From a candidate division FCPU426 bacterium (GTDB taxonomy: Bacteria > Oederibacteriota > Muellerivitia > Muellerivitales > Muellerivitaceae), in NCBI GenBank assembly GCA_963719085.1, contig CAVRAL010000002.1, forward strand, positions 10,006 through 74,005: a DNA stretch of 64,000 nt, in the 5' to 3' direction. Positions 59,085-64,000 of the stretch are shown in pieces. Both the position numbers and the translations under genes were made by a program. The first letter of the stretch is position 1. The number at the start of each line of letters is the position of its first letter. The notes below the pieces were generated by a model. That model made no database searches. It worked only from the letters and a program-made list of their open reading frames with translations, and had not been told where the DNA came from.

Positions 59085-59510
59085 TTACTTCGTAACCTCG
59101 ATGCCCATGCTGCGGGCGGTGCCTTCAACCATACGGATGGCCGACTCAATTTTTTGCGCGTTCAAATCCGGCATCTTGGTCTTGGCGATTTCCGCGACCT
59201 GCTGGGCCGTGACTTTGCCGACCTTGGTTTTGTTCGGAACGGACGAACCTTTAGCCAATCCCGCCGCCTTGATCAGAAGAACCGAAGCCGGGGGGGTTTT
59301 GGTGATAAAAGTAAAAGAGCGGTCTTTATAGATGGTAATGACCACCGGAATAATCAGCCCGCCCTGCTTTTCAGTCGCCGCGTTGAACTGCTTGCAAAAT
59401 TCCATAATATTGACGCCATGCTGACCCAGCGCCGGACCCACCGGGGGGGCCGGATTGGCTTTGCCCGCGGGGATTTGGAGTTTCACCATTGCGTTGATTT
59501 CTTTTGCCAT
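59085..59510 (-). CDS. rplK: 50S ribosomal protein L11
   Basis: [32 protein letters not shown]. Confidence 0.99.
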   Translation of the reverse strand: MAKEINAMVKLQIPAGKANPAPPVGPALGQHGVNIMEFCKQFNAATEKQGGLIIPVVITIYKDRSFTFITKTPPASVLLIKAAGLAKGSSVPNKTKVGKVTAQQVAEIAKTKMPDLNAQKIESAIRMVEGTARSMGIEVTK

Positions 59511-59568
59511 TGCCTTAAACCTTCTCTCTCAAGTTCAAAAATAACAGGCGGAGATTGTATCCGCTTTT

Positions 59569-60099
59569 TTACTCTTTTTCAACCTGGTGGAACTCTAATT
59601 CCACCGGGGTTTGGCGCCCAAAAATGGTCACCATGACCCGGACGCGCTCGCGCTCGGGATTGATATCCTCCACCGTGCCTGAAAAGTTGGAAAAAGGGCC
59701 GTCCATGACCTTGACCAAATCCCCTTTATCGAACTGGCTTTTCAGGGCCCGTCGCTCCCGGCGCTTGCCGATATGCTCCAAAATAGCCGTGACTTCCTCA
59801 TCCGGCAGGGGGATCGGATTGTTGCCGCTCCCCACGAAACTGGTCACTTTGGGGGTATTGCGGACAACCGACCAGGAATTCTCGTCCATATCCATCTCCA
59901 CCAATATATAGCCCGGGAAAAATTTCTTATTGGTGATGCGTTTCTTGCCGGCGCGGGTCTCGGTCACTTCCTCGGAGGGGATCAGAATCTGGAAGATTTT
60001 ATCCTCCATTTTCATGCTCTTAATCCGATTTTCCAGGTTGGTCTTGACCTTGGCCTCGTACCCGGAATAAGTATTGATCACGTACCAGCGCTTTGACAT
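59569..60099 (-). CDS. nusG: Transcription factor NusG
   Basis: WYVINTYSG.E, FPGY, KOW motif GPF, IFGR.TPVEL. Confidence 0.98.
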   Translation of the reverse strand: MSKRWYVINTYSGYEAKVKTNLENRIKSMKMEDKIFQILIPSEEVTETRAGKKRITNKKFFPGYILVEMDMDENSWSVVRNTPKVTSFVGSGNNPIPLPDEEVTAILEHIGKRRERRALKSQFDKGDLVKVMDGPFSNFSGTVEDINPERERVRVMVTIFGRQTPVELEFHQVEKE

Positions 60100-60113
60100 T
60101 CGATCCCCGCCCT

Positions 60114-60299
60114 TTATTTAATGACTAGTTGCAGCAGCTTCTGGATGACAAAATCATAAGCAAACAACATCACCATCATGGAAAGGATGGTCACGAAAAC
60201 AACCGCCGTGGAACCTTGAATTTCTTCCCGGCTGGGCCAGGAAATTTTTTTAAATTCCGAACGGGCTTCGGCGAAAAACTCTTTTAGTTGCTGAAACAT
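60114..60299 (-). CDS. secE: Preprotein translocase subunit SecE
   Basis: EFKKISWPSR followed by one TM; between tRNA-Trp and nusG. Confidence 0.95.
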   Translation of the reverse strand: MFQQLKEFFAEARSEFKKISWPSREEIQGSTAVVFVTILSMMVMLFAYDFVIQKLLQLVIK

Positions 60300-60321
60300 A
60301 GTTCCCTTTTCTCAACTTTGA

Positions 60322-60397
60322 TGGCAGGGCAGGCAGGATTCGAACCTGCAACGCGCGGTTTTGGAGACCGCCGCTCTACCATTAGAGCTACTGCCCT
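60322..60397 (-). tRNA. tRNA-Trp (CCA)
   Basis: AGGGCAG acceptor stem, anticodon loop CTCCAAA, TTCGAAT, encoded CCA end. Confidence 0.97.
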
Positions 60398-60427
60398 ATG
60401 AAAGTTCCAACTTCTCCTAGAAGGGGG

Positions 60428-60577
60428 TTACTTGGTTTCCTTATGCAGGCTGTGCTTGCGGCACCACCGGCAATACTTCTTCACTTCAACTTTATTCGGA
60501 TTTTTGCGCTTGTCCCGGGTGCTGTTGTAATTACGGCGTTTGCAATCCGAGCAGGCCAATGTAATTTGTTCACGCAT
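60428..60577 (-). CDS. rpmG: 50S ribosomal protein L33 (zinc-binding type)
   Basis: Below the ORF-track cutoff; MREQITLACSDCKRRNYNSTRDKRKNPNKVEVKKYCRWCRKHSLHKETK, 49 aa. Confidence 0.96.
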   Translation of the reverse strand: MREQITLACSDCKRRNYNSTRDKRKNPNKVEVKKYCRWCRKHSLHKETK

Positions 60578-60606
60578 GACTGAATCAACCTCTTCTATTT
60601 AGTTCT

Positions 60607-61797
<1,191 letters not shown>

Positions 61798-61841
61798 CGC
61801 TCACTCCTCGATAAGTTGAAATGCCCTAACCCTTGTCACAA

Positions 61842-61917
<76 letters not shown>

Positions 61918-61938
61918 GGGGATATTGCAAGAGTAGGT

Positions 61939-61966
61939 ATTGTACGTTTCGAACTTCCTCTGTCAA
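61939..61966 (-). promoter_or_regulatory. Sigma70 promoter for tRNA-Thr-tuf
   Basis: TTGACA-16 bp-TACAAT on the minus strand. Confidence 0.75.
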
Positions 61967-61970
61967 GGAG

Positions 61971-61995
61971 AAAGGGCCGAAAAACGGCCCATTTT
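61971..61995 (-). terminator. Probable terminator after aspA
   Basis: GGGCCG-AAAAA-CGGCCC hairpin with a TTT tail on the minus strand. Confidence 0.55.
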
Positions 61996-62039
61996 GCGGG
62001 ATAAACCTTGATAAGGCTAAGGGTTGTCCAAAACGTCGC

Positions 62040-63449
62040 TCAGTTTTTTCCGTTCGGGTCCACTAATTTTTCCAAACGAACCGCTTGTTTGTATTTTTCC
62101 TCACTCAACAAATTCTTTTCCATGACTACCTGTTTGATGGTCTTGCCTTCTTTTAGGGCCGCTTTCACCACTTCGGCCGCCTTTTCGTAGCCGATCACCG
62201 GATTCAAGGCCGTGGCGATGGAAACGCTTTTCTCGGCGAAATCCAAGCATCGGGCCTCGTCCGCCTTGATGCCGCTGACGCACTTTTGCTCAAAGACCAC
62301 CAACATCTGGGTGATGAGGGTCAGCGACTGGTTTTGGTTATAAGCGATGACCGGCATCATCACATTGAGTTCCAACTGGCCGGCCTGCGCCGCCAAGGCG
62401 ATCGTCGTGTCATAGCCCAAAACCTGGAAACAAACCATGTTCAGGCACTCCGCCATCACCGGATTTACCTTGCCCGGCATGATGGACGAGCCCGGCTGCA
62501 TGGCCGGAAGCCAAATTTCGCCGAACCCCGTGGTGGGTCCGCTGGTCATGAGTCGAAAGTCATTGGCGATCCGGGTTAAATCCAGGCACAAGTTACGGAT
62601 CGAATTGGATAGCCCGACGAAAGGCGCCATACTTTGCATGGCCTCAAAAAGATTTGGATGGGGTTTCAACTTGAGCCCGGTTTCTTTCGATAAAAGTTTG
62701 GCCATCCCCGCCGGATATTTTTTATGGGTGTTGAGGCCCGAGCCGACCGCCGAACCGCCGATGCCTAATTCTTGTAAATCTTCCGAGGCCTTTTGGATCC
62801 GCGCCGCGTGCCGCTTCAAGGATTCGCCGTAAGCGGTAAATTCCTGACCCAGGGTAACCGGCGCCGCGTCTTGCAAATGAGTGCGGCCCGACTTGAAAAT
62901 CTTTTTGAACTCCTGGCCTTTTTTCACGAAGGTCTTGGAAAGCGTGTCCAACGCCGGCAATAAATCATGGACCAACAAAAGCCCTGAAAGCCGGATCGCG
63001 GTGGGGATGACATCGTTGGTGGATTGGCCCATATTCACGTGGTCATTGGGATGCACCAGTTTATAGTCGCCCCTTTGGCCGCCCAAAAGCTCGATGGCCC
63101 GGTTGGCCAAAACCTCGTTCACGTTCATGTTATGGCTGGTCCCGGCTCCCGCCTGATAAACGTCGACCACAAATTGATCGCGCCACTTGCCCTTTTCAAG
63201 TATCTCGTCCGCGGCCGCCACGATGGCCGAGGCTTTCTTTTTACCCAACCAGCCGACTTGGGCGTGGAAAAGGGCCGCGGCCCGCTTGATATGGACGGTG
63301 GCGTCCACGAAGACTTTATGGGGTTTGATTCCGCTGATGGGAAAGTTATCGACCGCGCGCTGGGTCTGGACGCCCCAAAGGGCCTCAGCCGGGACTTTTA
63401 ATTCGCCGATCGAGTCGTGTTCAATTCGGTAATCCACCTTCGCCTCCAA
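62040..63449 (-). CDS. aspA: Aspartate ammonia-lyase (fumarase class II superfamily)
   Basis: GSSIMPGKVNP, GRTHLQDA; GAGTS and STND variants favour AspA over FumC; TTG start. Confidence 0.82.
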   Translation of the reverse strand: MEAKVDYRIEHDSIGELKVPAEALWGVQTQRAVDNFPISGIKPHKVFVDATVHIKRAAALFHAQVGWLGKKKASAIVAAADEILEKGKWRDQFVVDVYQAGAGTSHNMNVNEVLANRAIELLGGQRGDYKLVHPNDHVNMGQSTNDVIPTAIRLSGLLLVHDLLPALDTLSKTFVKKGQEFKKIFKSGRTHLQDAAPVTLGQEFTAYGESLKRHAARIQKASEDLQELGIGGSAVGSGLNTHKKYPAGMAKLLSKETGLKLKPHPNLFEAMQSMAPFVGLSNSIRNLCLDLTRIANDFRLMTSGPTTGFGEIWLPAMQPGSSIMPGKVNPVMAECLNMVCFQVLGYDTTIALAAQAGQLELNVMMPVIAYNQNQSLTLITQMLVVFEQKCVSGIKADEARCLDFAEKSVSIATALNPVIGYEKAAEVVKAALKEGKTIKQVVMEKNLLSEEKYKQAVRLEKLVDPNGKN

Positions 63450-63596
63450 GGTTTTATTTCAAGACAAGCGACGACGCGAAATCTTCTTTTCTTGTTCAAG
63501 GGCTTAAGTGATGGGCTTGAGTCGGCACAGGGTGAACAATATAAGAAAAGGCAACTAAGGGTTTTGTCCAGGCCCGCCGAGGGCCGGAATGTTAAA

Positions 63597-63671
63597 TGGA
63601 GCGGGAGACCGGATTCGAACCGGCGACGTCCACCTTGGAAGGGTGGCATTCTACCACTGAATTACTCCCGC
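63597..63671 (-). tRNA. tRNA-Gly (TCC)
   Basis: GCGGGAG acceptor stem, loop CTTCCAA, TTCGAAT, CCA end. Confidence 0.97.
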
Positions 63672-63860
63672 CTCTTAAAGCCAAAGTATCCCCGATTTAA
63701 AACCGGGAGTAAAGGCCAGCACCCACCCCCATATAATTCCAATTATTATGGAAGCAAAAATGGTAGGCCCAATCTCCTCAAAAAACATACTAAGAAGATT
63801 GGACTGACCATTTTCTGCTTACGACAAAGCCACTGCTTTGTCGGCTTAACAATGAAAAAA

Positions 63861-63947
63861 TGGTGGGCAGGACAGGATTCGAACCTGTGTAGGCCGTCGG
63901 CCGGCAGATTTACAGTCTGCTCCCATTGACCACTCGGGCACCTGCCC
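63861..63947 (-). tRNA. tRNA-Tyr (GTA)
   Basis: GGGCAGG acceptor stem, loop CTGTAAA, long variable arm, CCA end. Confidence 0.97.
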
Positions 63948-64000
63948 CCTAAAAGCCAAAAACCTTTATTGGGATGAAAAGGTTTCCCAGCGACAAAGAT

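Noticed and set aside
63417..63929. 170-aa plus-strand ORF
   Set aside because: Antisense across two tRNA genes; spurious.

Overview
Mostly core chromosome of a moderately GC-rich bacterium, almost entirely transcribed on the minus strand; only an RqcH/NFACT gene is on the plus strand. In transcription order from the right end: tRNA-Tyr, tRNA-Gly, aspartate ammonia-lyase, tRNA-Thr, tuf, rpmG, tRNA-Trp, secE, nusG, rplK-A-J-L (with L1 and L10 leader RNAs, and no rpoB following); a GT-C-like membrane protein; tmk-holB-metG-DUF2079-tatD; trpD-C-F-TPR-trpB-A-accD-folC; an orphan sugar ABC ATPase; a surface polysaccharide cluster (ugd, rfbD, glycosyltransferases, Wzx flippase, GtrA-methyltransferase fusion, epimerase, NDP-sugar pyrophosphorylase, Rieske ferredoxin, secreted GH51-like hydrolase, phosphohexomutase); a beta-oxidation operon with patatin; HU; CIRCE-controlled groES-groEL; two pilT paralogues; an FmdB zinc ribbon; a DUF58-BatABCD-MoxR operon; and Ig/FN3 surface proteins. 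I found no transposase, integrase, prophage or CRISPR. The least explained signals are: (1) several families of short intergenic inverted-repeat elements whose arms are tandem 7-, 8/9- or 10-bp units around unrelated AT-rich spacers; (2) a compositionally mosaic metG with an unrecognised C-terminal domain; (3) a tail-anchored protein with FYVE-like zinc-finger spacing; (4) a GtrA-methyltransferase fusion with possible GT-C partners; (5) aspA inserted inside the tRNA-tuf cluster. All calls come from reading motifs by eye; no database searches were run.
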